From positions 175,028,001-175,092,000 of the forward strand of contig NC_058368.1 in assembly GCF_018350175.1 (NCBI RefSeq): a stretch of DNA of 64,000 nt. Reading direction: 5' to 3'. Origin of the DNA: Felis catus. Lineage: Eukaryota. Under the pieces are notes generated by a model. The model was given only the letters and a program-made list of their open reading frames with translations, was not told the DNA's origin and did not search any database. This document shows, piece by piece, positions 23,964 through 35,680 of this stretch (its first letter is position 1; each line of letters opens with the position of its first letter). The position numbers and the translations under genes are program-made.

Positions 23964-24021
23964 GAGAGAGGCTCTTCATGAGACAGGCCCATCGAGAGAG
24001 GCTCTTCATGAGACAGGCCCA
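23964..24021 (+). repeat. Tandem duplication, 30-bp period, 2 copies
   Basis: GAGAGAGGCTCTTCATGAGACAGGCCCA occurs exactly twice (23964-23991, 23994-24021). Confidence 0.95.
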
Positions 24022-24299
24022 GGGCGCAAGACATTGGATGGTGAGGCTTGGCTGGGTTGGGCGGAGAAAGCCACAGACTCAGGGGCCAGACGATCTGGAA
24101 TCTCCCTCCTCCCACTAACTGTTAGCCCTGGGACAGGGGGCAGATCACTTCACTTCTCCGTCTCGGGCCAAAGTGGAGATAACGTAGCCTCCGAGCACGA
24201 CAACCCAATGAACGATTCCAGGTGTTGGCTGGACAAGAGAAATCGGTCTCCACCTTCACAGTAGGTTGAGGAGGTAGACAATAGGGACGTAAATTATTT

Positions 24300-24504
24300 A
24301 AAAAAAAATGTTTATTGTTGAGAAAGAGAGACAGAGTCTGAGCGGGGGGAGGGGCAGAGAGAGAGGGAGACCCAGAATCCGAAGCAGGCTCCAGACTCCG
24401 AGCTCTCAGCCCAGAGCCCGACGCGGGGCTCGAACTCACGGACCGTGAGATCATGACCTGAGCCAAAGTCGGACGCTTAACTGACTGAGCCACCCAGGCA
24501 CCCC
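24300..24504 (-). mobile_element. Can-SINE (SINEC_Fc-like)
   Basis: Reverse body; flanking GTAAATTATTTA duplicated. Confidence 0.95.
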
Positions 24505-24529
24505 AGGGAGTAAATTATTTATACCAGAT

Positions 24530-24880
24530 GGCGGCACATGTGGAGAAGGGAATAAAACCAAGTGTTGGGATAGTGACTGAAGGTGGGGAAGCAGCCTCAT
24601 TCGGTGGCGAGGAAACTTCTCTTTGAAGAAAGAATATGTGAGCTCAAGAAGAAATGAAAGGGCCTTCCTGCCCCTGACCTGGGAGGTGTGCCAGCTGGAA
24701 GGAGCTGCTTGTCTGAAGGCTCGGAGTGGGTCTGCTGTGGTGTGAGACCCAGCAAGGCCGTGGGTGCGGCTGGAGGAACTCGAATCGGGGGTCATGGGGT
24801 TGGAGAGGCGGGCAGAGCCGGCATCATCTGGGGTCTGGTCGGTGTCACGCTCAGGAATTTGCATTTTATTCTAAAAGACC
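24530..24880 (-). mobile_element. L2 fragment
   Basis: AGCAAGGCCGTGGGTGCGGCTGGAG...TCAGGAATTTGCATTTTATTCTAA, a reverse L2 pattern. Confidence 0.55.
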
Positions 24881-24882
24881 AA

Positions 24883-25105
24883 GGGGCGCCTGGGTGGGTG
24901 GCTCAGTCAGTTAAGCGTCCGACTTCGGCTCAGGTCATGATCTCGCAGTCCGTGGGTTCGAGCCCCGTGTCGGGCTCTGTGCTGACAGCTCGCAGCCTGG
25001 AGCCCATTTCAGATTCTGTGTCTCCCTCTCTCTCTGCCCCTCCCCTGTTCATGCTCTGTCTCTCTCTGTCTCAAAAATAAATAAACGTTGAAAAAAAAAA
25101 TTAAA
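24883..25105 (+). mobile_element. Can-SINE (SINEC_Fc-like)
   Basis: Full head, CT tract and A tail. Confidence 0.95.
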
Positions 25106-25772
25106 TGACCAGGAAGCTGCTGGAATGTTTTCAATATATGTGAAAGCATTTCCACTGTTAGGTGAAAGTGTTTTGTAAACTTGCAAGCACAAAGACGAAA
25201 TACTATTATTATCTGTGTGAATAACAACTTTACACGGCAGTTAAAACTATTAAATTGGCAGCTTGATCCTTCAGTTCCCTCCGTGAAACCCGGCAGTACC
25301 GGGATCCCAAGGCACTAGGTGTGAAAGGGCTCTGGGGCCACCCCTCCATCGGGCCACCTGCCAGGCCACCGGGCTGCTCAAGAGAACGTCTTTACTGCTG
25401 TCCCGGTTTCCTGGGGGTGGGGATGTGGGGAGGGGCAGAGAGGTGCATGGTGACTGGGCTCTTCCTCACGGGGACATTGCCAGCTCTAATCAGTGCCCGG
25501 CGAGGTCTCTGAGCTCCGGGATCACTCACCACACTGGGGTTGCCTCTGAAGGAGAACGCAACGCCTCCTTGGGGGAGCTTCGGCTCCAGTTTCTCTCTGA
25601 CCGCCCGGGACAAGCTTCAGAGCCTTCCGCGTATATTCCGAAGGCACCATGAGTTATCGCAGTCTGCCACTCTCCACTCCAACTTCTCTTTTACTGGTCT
25701 CATTAAGACCTGACGCGTCCGCCTCCTCGCCAATTCCGTGAGTGCGAGGACACGGCTTCAGAGTGCGACCTT

Positions 25773-26400
25773 TGTAGTCAATCAGGATAGGCTGGGGGCG
25801 CCTGGGTGGCTCAGTCGGTGAAGCGTCCGACTTCGGCTCAGGTCATGATCTCATGGTCCGGGAGTTCGAGCCCCGCCGTCGGGCTCTGGGCTGACGGCTC
25901 AGAGCCTGGAGCCTGTTTCGGATTCTGTGTCTCCCCCTCTCTCTGCCCCTCCCCTGTTCATGCTCTGTCTCTCCCTGTCTCAAAAATAAATAAAACGTTA
26001 AAAAAAATTAAAAAAAAAAATCAGGATAGGCTGGATTCTGCTTCATAATGTGCAAGGCCTCCCCCACCCCACCCCTGTGACTTCAAGCCATGCACGTTGA
26101 TTTCTGGCTCAAGCACATACAGGTAGGCAGGAGGCTCTGCTCTGGGTACCGTCAGGCACCCGGGTCCGTGGACGTGCCTTCTCGACTCAAGACTCCAGGG
26201 CTCCCCGTGGGAAGCGTGGAGCCTGAGACCAGCAGTAACGACCTGGCAGGGGGGCACGGCAGGGGCATGGCCACCTCGGTGCACACCTTCTTGTCCAGAA
26301 GCAGTCACATGACCATGCCATACTTGCGGGGCTGGCGGCTGTAACGTCTCCCGCACCCTGGGAGCCAGCGGGATGGTTTGGGAAGGGCTGCATGCGGATC
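25773..26400 (-). mobile_element. Old MLT1 (J/K/L-like) LTR interrupted by a SINE
   Basis: TGTAGTCAATCAGGATAGGCTGG...GGAGGCTCTGCTC...CCAGAAGCAGTCACATGACCATGCC. Confidence 0.5.
25795..26018 (+). mobile_element. SINEC_Fc-type SINE
   Basis: Full body; TSD AATCAGGATAGGCTG. Confidence 0.96.
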
Positions 26401-26715
26401 TAAGCCAATCTGCCCAGTTGTCAGTGGTTTTTTTTTTTTTTTTGGTAACCATTTGGGGGAGGGAGAAAAAAGTCCCTTAACGACAGATAGACACCGACAA
26501 GCCTCAGTTCCTATAGAAGAAGCGAAGTCCTAGCTCTCTGTCCTTAGGTGTCCCAACAAGTCCTGTCCAGGACGGGCTTGCTCTGTGGCAGAGGCTGCGT
26601 ACCAGGCAACAGAGTCCATGCTTACCAGGCAGAGCACTGGACAGAGAGGAACGGCCGCCATATTTTTGAACAACACTTCACCAAAGGAACATGACCCCCA
26701 ACGCCCCTTATTCTA

Positions 26716-26940
26716 TTTATTTTTAATTTTTTTTCAACGTTTTTTATTTATTTTTGGGACAGAGAGAGACAGAGCATGAACGGGGGAGGGGCAGAGAGAG
26801 AGGGAGACACAGAATCGGAAACAGGCTCCAGGCTCCGAGCCATCAGCCCAGAGCCTGACGCAGGGCTTGAACTCCCGGACCGCGAGATCGTGACCTGGCT
26901 GAAGTCGGACGCTTAACCGACTGCGCCACCCAGGTGCCCC
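26716..26940 (-). mobile_element. Young SINEC_Fc-type SINE
   Basis: Near-consensus; TSD CCCAACGCCCC(T/C)TATTCTA. Confidence 0.96.
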
Positions 26941-27084
26941 CCCAACGCCCCCTATTCTAAACAGCCAACCGTCTGGTGTAAATTTGGATGAGGCCATTTG
27001 AAGCGCTTATGGAACGTGGATTCCCGACAAAGGTCTTTTGAATATTAACTGCGTTCCCCGGGGTGTAGCTACAATTAACTCACA

Positions 27085-27495
27085 CATAATGGAGGGACCC
27101 ACTGAGGTGCATCCGTATAATGGAATACTATTTGGCAATACAAAAGAATGAGCCGTGGACACCTCCAATGGCATGGGGGAGTCTCATAAACATTACTCTT
27201 AGTGACAGAAGCCAGCCACCAGCCACCACTCCATTCAGACGAGATGTCCAGAAAAAAACCCAAAATCTGTGGAGGCAAAGGACATTAGGGGGTTTCTGGG
27301 GGTGCGGGTGAGGGACGAACAGTAAATGTGCATGAGGGGCACTGTTGGGTGCTGAAAATGTCCTAAAACTGACTTAGGGTGACGATGCACACCTCTGGAG
27401 GTTTACTAGAACGTCACTGAATCGTACCCTCGAAATGAATGAATTATAGGATACACAAAATGTGCCTCAGCAAAGTTACTTAGAAAGTAAAAATA
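27085..27495 (+). mobile_element. Old L1 (L1ME/MB) 3' end
   Basis: ATCCGTATAATGGAATACTATTTGGCAATACAAAAGAATGA...AGTGACAGAAGCCAG...GAAAATGTCCTAAAACTG. Confidence 0.72.
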
Positions 27496-28729
27496 CTTAA
27501 CTCACATATACACTCGCCTCACCGCTTAGAGTGCATTTAAAGTGAGTTGTGGACAATATTACATAAAAAAACGAGCTTTCGTTCCCAAGGTGTTTTCAAT
27601 ACCTCCACCTACCTACCTGTCCTTTCGAAAGAACAAATTCATTCAGTCTGACACCGAAGGGGCGTGGGGCTCTCCTCAAAAGGCCGCCAAACAAATCAGT
27701 TGGAAAATGCAATTTGTAGCCGAGATTTCACAGGGGGCGTCCCCTCCTCCTAGACGCGCACCAGCAATAAGAAAGGGGGTTTAGAAGAAAAAAAAAAAAA
27801 TTGGAAGACCTTGGCTTTGAAGTTCCTAGCCACTTCTGTGGTCTCAGTTCCCCCATCTGTGAAATGGGGATAATCTGAGCTTCTTACGCGGCACAGCATC
27901 TGGGCCGTGGCTTCTCGGGGCAGACGTTGTCATCACCAGGGCCTTCGACAGAAAGGTGTTGTTTCTCTATAATGATGGAGTCGGATCCTCACATGTACCC
28001 TGGGCCCTGTCTAAGGGACACAGCAGTGGTTCTTAAAGTGTAGGAGGTCATGCTGAAATGCAGGGTCTATTCCAGAAGTCCCAAGAGATGCCTGGGGTCC
28101 CGACCGCACCTAAGGTTCCAAGAACGAGCAAGGCTCATTTGGCAAGGGCTTTAAACACCTTGCCACCTCTGACTTCTCCGTCACATGTGGCTGCCCTTCA
28201 GAACCACTTGGGAAACACAGAGAGCTGGTTTGCCAACAGGCCTTCTGAGTCAGCATTTAGATGGAGCCCCGGAATCCGAGATTTCAAAGTTCCTGCAGGG
28301 TTGGGATTCACTGGTTAAGAGACTCCACGGAAGGTGAGGAAACACACTTGATTAGGAGTCCGGAAACCTGGCTTCTAGTATCCTCTCTGCCGCGCCTTGT
28401 GACCTTGGTGGGGCCGTGTTGCCACTCCGGGCCTCAGTTTCCCCATCTGCACAAACGGGGGTGGAGAGAGAGGGGTGCCCCCACCTCCCTCCCCACCTCC
28501 TGTTCTGAGCTCTGCGAGTCCCCGGTTTCCCGGCCCGTTCGCAATCTCCAATTGGCCGTGGCATTTCTGTGACTCAGGGGGCAGGCCCGGCAGCCAGGGG
28601 GTGGGGAGCGAAGGGTGGGGTGCCGGGTTTTCCGCCCCGCTGCCTCTGGAGCCAGGCACCCAGCTCGAGCTATTGTACTCATGGGAGGTCTTAGCTGGTG
28701 AGGCCGCCAGGTTGACTGCACAGGCGCCA

Positions 28730-29360
28730 CGGTTGTTTCATTATTTCATCAAAGTTCATTATGCCGGGGAGGAGACCAGTAATAAAACATGATTACAAGT
28801 GTCTCCAACGAGCACTTAAAGACATAACTCGCGATCTACACGCTGCCACATCCCCTGTTTGTGGTCACAGAACGCACAGAGATTTGCACCTCTGATAGAT
28901 TTCAGTCTTTGCGTTAATGGAAGTAAAAAAAAAAAAAAAAAAAAAAAAAAGTGCCCGAAGGACTTGCTTCCATTTGTCTCGGGACCAAGCTGGTGGTTTC
29001 ATACGGAGGCATGATTTGCCATTTTTGAAAACACGCAGTTAATTATGTGTGTAAAAGGCAGGTACGGTGACATAGGGGACACAGAGGGACTGACGGCAGC
29101 CAAGCCTATCAGATGTTATTGGCAAAGCACTTGGGGAGAAATGGCTTTTCTTTTCTTCTTTCTTTCCCTTCACTGCCCAACCCCCCCCCCCCCTCCCACC
29201 GCCCCCCATTCCTGCCGCCATCTCTTTTCTTCGTGAAATAGCGGCTGGTGATGAATGCCGGGAAGGTAATAGATGATACTTTACAACAAAAAGGGATCCT
29301 GTGCTCTGTCCCATGTCAACTGGGTCAGTGTTTTCCTCTGAGAATAAGGTCTTGATTGAC
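28730..29360. promoter_or_regulatory. Candidate enhancer / conserved non-coding block
   Basis: Unique sequence with ATCAAAG (TCF), TAATAAAA (posterior HOX/CDX), CAAGTG and CACTTAA (NKX-like), and TTAATTAT. Inferred from motifs only. Confidence 0.42.
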
Positions 29361-29679
29361 ACTGACTAGTGGGTTTGAACCAGTTGTTCCGGATGTGGGT
29401 TGGAGACCAAGAAGGCAGGGCAGGGTGGGAAAGAGCTCGTGTATCGTTGGGTAGGATTCCCCTGGGCTGTGGCCGTATGCACCCAGACAGGTCACATCCT
29501 TCCCTGGGTCTGTCTTGGGCTCTAAAAGTCTGCCCCTGGGCAGCACTGGGCAGGGCCCAGGCTAAGGGTGGCTCTGCCTTTACTCCCTGGGTGCCCTGGG
29601 GCCAGGCCCTTCTCCTCTGTTGGCCACGGTTTCTAGTCCTTGTTAAATGAGATGTTTGGGCGAGGCAATGCCACCCATA

Positions 29680-29815
29680 CTTGCCTAATGTTAAGAATCA
29701 TTTGAGAAACTTGCTTAAAACAGATTTCCTCAGCCCTAGAACCAAAGATATCAGACCGGAATTTCCCCGGGGGAGGTCAGGGAATCAGTATTCAGTAAGT
29801 CTCCCAGGTGATCCG
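29680..29815. mobile_element. MER5A-like fragment
   Basis: AGAATCATTTGAGAAACTTGCTTAAAACAGATT...GGGAATC.GTATT...CTCCCAGGTGATCC. Confidence 0.55.
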
Positions 29816-29820
29816 TGACA

Positions 29821-30058
29821 TTTTTTTTTTAATTAAAAAAAAATTTTTTTTTGACATTTATTCGTTTTTTGAGAGACAGAGAGAGACAGAGCATGAACGG
29901 GGGAGGGTCAGAGAGAGAGGGAGACACAGGATCCGAAACAGGCTCCAGGCTCTGAGCTGTCGGCACAGAGCCCGACGCGGGGCTCGAACTCACGGACCGT
30001 GAGATCACAACCCGGGCCGAAGTCAGACGCTTAACCCACTGAGCCACTCGGGCACCCC
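29821..30058 (-). mobile_element. SINEC_Fc-type SINE
   Basis: Reverse full body. Confidence 0.95.
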
Positions 30059-30639
30059 TCCATGGCATTTTTAATTAAAATTTTGGATATGTTAGACATT
30101 CGCATCACTGATAATTGGCACTATATACATGGGCAGGAGTAAAGCGTTTCTGTCCACTCTGTTCCCAAGCCACTACATTCCGGCTGCCAATCATAACCAA
30201 ATTAATGGCTCTGTGCGTATGCTCGTGTGCATGAAATCTGTGGTCTACAAGCCAGAACGTATACTTGTGTGTATTATGTTCTGTATCCTGTCTTTTTTTG
30301 GGTGTTTTTTTGGTATAAATGACAGCATGTTATGGACGCTGTTCTGCGTCTTTCTTTTTTTCATTCAGTACATCTTGGAGATCTTTCTACGCCAGTTAAT
30401 AAAGGCAGTGGTGTGTAGAGCCAACAAAGACATATCTCTTCTCAAGTCCAAGTTCAGTGGCTTCCTGTTGGTAGATTGAAGTTGGCCATGGTAGAACTAT
30501 TCTCCGCACAGACAAATGCCACCGTCTGGCTTCCCCCGTCTCCCTGGCTGGAGTGCTGGTGGGTTGTTAACACGTTTAGCGGCACACTACTGGGTAAAAT
30601 CTGCCCTCCTTTTTTTTTTTTAATGGCTGCCACAAACCT

Positions 30640-31035
30640 GCTGTATAGACGAACTCTGATCAGTCCCCTGTCGATAGACATTTAGGTTGTGTCGGATCTT
30701 CTGCCAATGCCAACAATGCTGAGATAAGTCATTTTGTACATACATCCTTTCACGTACGTCCATGATTAAGAAACGGTTCTAGAAGTGGCCTGACTGGGTC
30801 AAGAACCTGTGCGTTTGTGGTTTTGATTGGCCTTGACACCTTGCCTCTGGGAGGCTGTAGCCGTGTGCGTGCTGCTAACGACAGCGGAGAAGGATGCTTT
30901 CCTCATACTCTCCACACCGTTAGCTTTTAATATCAGTGTGGCAGAGAAACAAGGGCTTCCCGAGGGTGAACGAGGCTGCACGTCTGTTCACATATTTAAG
31001 AGCCATTGGTGGCTCCTCCTCTGTGACCTGTTGAT
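30640..31035 (-). mobile_element. Old L1 (L1ME-like) fragment
   Basis: CAGTCCCCTGTCGATAGACATTTAGGTTG...CTAGAAGTGG..TGACTGGGTCAA...TTCACATATTTAAGAGCCATT. Confidence 0.6.
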
Positions 31036-31399
31036 CATGTTGATCACGAGAGTTTGGACGCACCAGCCTCGGTTAATCTTTTAGCACGCACGGAGACCCT
31101 GAGGCCGCGAGAAGAGTACAGAGTTGCCTTAGTCCTCCGTTGAGTACTGGTAGTGAAGGGATTCAAATTAGGAGCTGTGGTCCCTTAAGATCAAATAGGA
31201 GAGCTCCCAGTGAGCGAGTCAACATGCCAACGGATGTGTAATTACAGATCGTATCAAGTGTTACAGAAAAACACCAGAGGTTGTGCGCTGGTTGGCCCAG
31301 GGCTGGACCTGGCCACTGGACCTTGTCTATTTTGGCCTGCATAGTGTTTTTTCTTTTCTTTAAGTTTTCATTTGAAATCATTGCCAAATTGTATTAATT

Positions 31400-31628
31400 T
31401 TACTTTATTTTTGTTTTGTTTGATTTATTTATTTTTGAGAGAGAGAGACAGAACACGTGCACGTGTGCACAAGCAGGGGAGGGGCAGAGAGAGGAGAGAG
31501 AGAGAGAATCCCAAGCAGGCTCTGTGCAGTCAGGGTGGAACCAAATGCAGGGCTCGCGCCCACGAGCTGTGAGATCGTGACCTGAGCCGAAGTCAGATGC
31601 TTAACTGACTGAGCCACCCAGGCGCCCT
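31400..31628 (-). mobile_element. Can-SINE
   Basis: Reverse body ending CAGGCGCCC. Confidence 0.92.
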
Positions 31629-31682
31629 TAAAATAATTGTCAAAATCTGGAACAAGAATACTTGACACACAAATTAGTTTTT

Positions 31683-31909
31683 ATTTTTTTTTTAATTTTT
31701 TTTCAACGTTTTTATTTATTTTTGGGACAGAGAGAGACAGAGCATGAACGGGGGAGGGGCAGAGAGAGAGGGAGACACAGAATCGGAAACAGGCTCCAGG
31801 CTCCGAGCCATCAGCCCAGAGCCCGACGCGGGGCTCGAACTCCCCGACCGCGAGATCGTGACCTGAGCCGAAGTCGGACACTTAACCGACTGCGCCACCC
31901 AGGCGCCCC
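31683..31909 (-). mobile_element. Young SINEC_Fc-type SINE
   Basis: Near-consensus; TSD ACAAATTAGTTTTTA. Confidence 0.96.
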
Positions 31910-31919
31910 ACAAATTAGT

Positions 31920-32152
31920 TTTTAATGTTTATTTATTATGAGTGAATGAGAGAGCACACGCATGTGCACGGTATGCATGCGAGTGAGAGAGGGGCAGAGA
32001 GAGAGAGAGAGAGAGAGGCATAGAAAGAATCCCAAGCAGCCTCCACACTCAATGTGAGCCTGATGCAGGGCTCAGTCTCATGAACTGTGAGATCATGACC
32101 TGAGCTGAAACCAAGAGTGGGACACTTAAGCAACTGACTCATCCAGGCACCC
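31920..32152 (-). mobile_element. Can-SINE (older)
   Basis: GAATCCCAAGCAG...GATCATGACCTGAGCTGAAACCAAGAGT...CAGGCACCCC. Confidence 0.9.
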
Positions 32153-32485
32153 TGGGTCATCTTTTTCATAAAATGAAAAGGGAAGGGAAATATTTCTTGG
32201 GTCCATTTTCCTGCCACAACAGGATGGTGAAAACCGGGTGTGGAGGGCTGCGTGTTTGAAGATGAATCTCAGTAGTATCTTTCCATGCAGAGAAAATCTG
32301 TATGTGCTTAACACGTAGAAATGAGTGCATACATGAACGAAGCATTTATATTGACTACAACTTAATAGAATGTGACATAAACTATGGTAAGAACCCATCA
32401 CCTTCCCTTACTAACATCATCTACCTGACTGTGGAAATATCTGATTTGGGAGGTTTCCCATCCTGGTCTCAAAAATCAGCAAGGT

Positions 32486-32706
32486 GGGGCGCCTGGGTGG
32501 CGCAGTCGGTTAAGCGTCCGACTTCAGCCAGGTCACGATCTCGCGGTCCGGGAGTTCGAGCCCCGCGTCAGGCTCTGGGCTGATGGCTCAGAGCCTGGAG
32601 CCTGTTTCCGATTCTGTGTCTCCCTCTCTCTCTGCCCCTCCCCCGTTCATGCTCTGTCTCTCCCTGTCCCAAAAAAATAAATAAATGTTGAAAAAAAAAT
32701 TTAAAA
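32486..32706 (+). mobile_element. Young SINEC_Fc-type SINE
   Basis: Near-consensus; TSD AAAAATCAGCAAGG. Confidence 0.97.
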
Positions 32707-33310
32707 AAAAATCAGCAAGGATATGTCCACAGAGAACAGAATGTCTGCATCGGAGATGGCCAGCTGATCGGAAGTGGGGCCAAGAGATTTGTTTGGTGCT
32801 CATTACCCGAGCATGCTGGTTTTATCTAGATTTTCTTTTTATCGAGGATGGTTTGGGGGAAGATGTTAGAGATGAGGAAGGGGGAAAAACGTGGGGCACC
32901 CCGTGTTGTTACTCGGTGTTTCCGTTTCTAATACTCGTTGAATCGACGTCATAGGCCAGGGTCTTTCGGGAGACCATTGTAGACTTGGGCCATCAGAAGC
33001 TGTCCTCCTGGCTCTTCGGAGTGTGATCCAGGTGTTCCCAAGTCTGGCTGGCCTTTCTCTTAGCTCCTTGGGGTGACCCCAAGTGAGCTTATCCTCTAAT
33101 GGACATAAGCTTTAACTCCTTGGGGCCCAGCCAGGGCTCCGAGGGTCCACATCATGGCCCCTGTGGACACAGGAGCTAAAGACTGCTTTATTTCCTTCTC
33201 CAGTATGTTTTCAGAAAGCCAGTAACTACAACAGCGGCCGTTTATTAGGCACTCAAAATAGCCTCCTCACTGAATAGGGACGAAAGAGCTCAGGCCGACC
33301 TTTCTTACCA

Positions 33311-33352
33311 CCTTCATGGTCCTTCATGGACCTTCACGGTCCTTCGCGGACC
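33311..33352 (+). repeat. 10-bp minisatellite, 4 copies (CCTTCRYGGW)
   Basis: CCTTCATGGT CCTTCATGGA CCTTCACGGT CCTTCGCGGA. Confidence 0.85.
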
Positions 33353-33864
33353 ACCACCCCGACTCTCTGAACCAGAGCCAGCCTCTGCCTTCTGACTATG
33401 TTCTGCCCTGCACTCTGATACCCAAAGATACCATCAGACCTCTTCACGCGGCACGCCTTTACGAACACTTTATCCTCCGCCCGGGGTGCCCCTCTACCTG
33501 GCCAACTTCTACCCCTTTCAAAAGTTAATTCAAATGCTATTCTGGCACAGGAAGTAAATGGTAAATTTGGCCTGAAAATGACACGTAATCAATATTTATC
33601 AACTAATGAGCTAACGGATGATCGGATGGAGCCATTTCAGGTCCTGACATGTAACTCAGTGCTTGGTATATAGTCAGTAGCTGATAAATGTGTGTTCAGC
33701 ATCTAGATCTAGACCTATCTGCAATCCCCGTTAACCTAATTGTAACAGACTTCTTGTGGCGAAAACAATGCGAGTTTTGTAAACCTGTCCTTTTTGTTGT
33801 TTCCTTTTTGCTTTCTCTCCCGTCAAATTCCTGATTCCTAGAATCACATAAAGCGGTAGAAGTG

Positions 33865-34000
33865 ATCTTGGAGTCAGAAGACCTAGGTGGGGGTCCCAGG
33901 TCTGACTCTCCCTTGCTCTCTGTAAGCTTGGGCAAGCCACTTAGCCTCTCCGAACCCCCCAGTTCCCTCATCGGCGAGATGGGGACAGTAAGACCTGAAG
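33865..34000 (+). mobile_element. MIR
   Basis: TTGGAGTCAGAAGACCTAGG...CTTGGGCAAGCCACTTAGCCTCTC...CAGTTCCCTCATC. Confidence 0.68.
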
Positions 34001-35164
34001 GAACCACCATGATGATCGGCGGCAGAGTAGAGATGAAGAATGGAAACCCAAAATCACTTGCCCAAGATGTAACTTTTCCCCCTCAAAGGCAGATCACTCC
34101 CTTGTCACGGGAATGACTTTTGTGTTGAGTTACGTGAACCTCAAATTGGAATAAGGTGAGGCGGGTGTCAAACCTGACTCAGCCCTGAACCCTGGGGCTT
34201 AACCCTGTGAGCCATAAATAGCCTTGGTAGCAAATGAGGGACAAGAGTCCCTTCTTGATAGAGTTAACACAGAAGTTAAACAAGATAATTTGCTTAAAAG
34301 CAGTGGGAACTGAAATGGAGTGTGGGATCATATGAGCTTGCCTTTACTGCTGTGCTCTAGTTCAAGTCCAGGTTGACTCACGTATTCTTCCAACGGCGCC
34401 CCCCTGCCCTTTCTCCACCTCCACTGTCGTCCCCTTCCAATGCGACATCCCCATTTCAGTCAATAGGATCTGACCGTGTCACCTCCTACCTAAGACCCAC
34501 GGATTTCAGGAAAATGTCTCGCTCGGTACTGTGTCTCGAAAGGCTGTCTTACCTGGACCTGCCGCTCTACCTTCTCAGCTCTTATGGAGTCCCCCTTGCA
34601 TACCGGTTTCCAAAATGCACATAGGAAGGCCTGACCTCAGTGACCCCTGGGCCTTTGCACATGTGCTTCGAGATGCCTCCAACGCTTTCCCTCCCACCCT
34701 CAAGATAGGGCCTGTGTCTCGTGACTGCTGTCTTCCCCAGAGCCTAGCCCTGAGCTTGGCATATGATAAACATTCAACAAACATCCTTACAGTGAATGAA
34801 TCTGACACCTACTTAGAATTCCCCGTGTGTCCGGCACAGAACTGAGGGCGTGTATAGACATGACCTCAATGCGGAGATATCCCCATTGTCGTTTGGGAGA
34901 AGAGATGGGCTACAGCTCCATCCATCCAGTGCTACGCACCTATCGGCAACCTGTTAAGGTTCTGGTAAAGCTTTCAATCAGGTGGAAAGCCTCAGAATCC
35001 TGCGGATGGACCAGGTGAAGGTGGTTCCCCATCCCAGTGCTTCTTCCTCCCTGCCGGGGAACTGATAAGGCTATTTGTACCTAAATAACAAAAGCATCTA
35101 TGAATTAAGCTCGTCATGTGGGCGTTTTAGCTCCTTCGTTAGCAGAACCTTCAACACATTTCCT

Positions 35165-35390
35165 TTTTTTTGCACGTTCATTCATTTTGAGAGAGAGAGA
35201 GTGGGGGTGGGGGGTGGGGGGCGGGGAAGGGGCAGAGATAGAGGGAGACAGAGAGAGAATTCCAAGCAGGCTTTGCCCTGTCGGTGCAGAGCTCGACACG
35301 TGGTTCGATCTCACGCACCGTGAGATCGTGACCTGAGCCGAAGTCCCGAGTCAGACACTTAACCAACTGAGCCACCCAGGCAGGCGCCCC
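35165..35390 (-). mobile_element. Can-SINE
   Basis: Reverse body ending GGCGCCCC. Confidence 0.9.
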
Positions 35391-35499
35391 GTCACATTTC
35401 TTCGTATTCCTTCCACGTAGAAGGCTGACATCCCACTGCACCCCACTCTGACTTAAGCCTGAGATCCCTCGGGGGAGGGAGGGTTGGTATCTGTGAACT

Positions 35500-35680
35500 T
35501 AAGCCAGTGTCTGGCTTGGGTATGAGTTCCAGTGTTACCCTGCATGATCTTGGACAAGTTATTTCACCTCTCTGTGCTTTAGTTTCCTCGCTGACAGAAC
35601 AGGGTAAATCCTCCTCAGGAGTGATGTGTTAGACAGAATATGTCAAGCGTCTGACCTGATGTCAGGGGCAGTTACCAGCT
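35500..35680 (+). mobile_element. MIR
   Basis: ATGATCTTGGACAAGTTATTTCACCTCTCTGTGCTTTAGTTTCCTC. Confidence 0.68.

Noticed and set aside
23964..24021. 28-bp direct repeats as a possible CRISPR-like array
   Set aside because: Only two copies with a 2-nt gap, no spacers, no cas genes, and a mammalian context.
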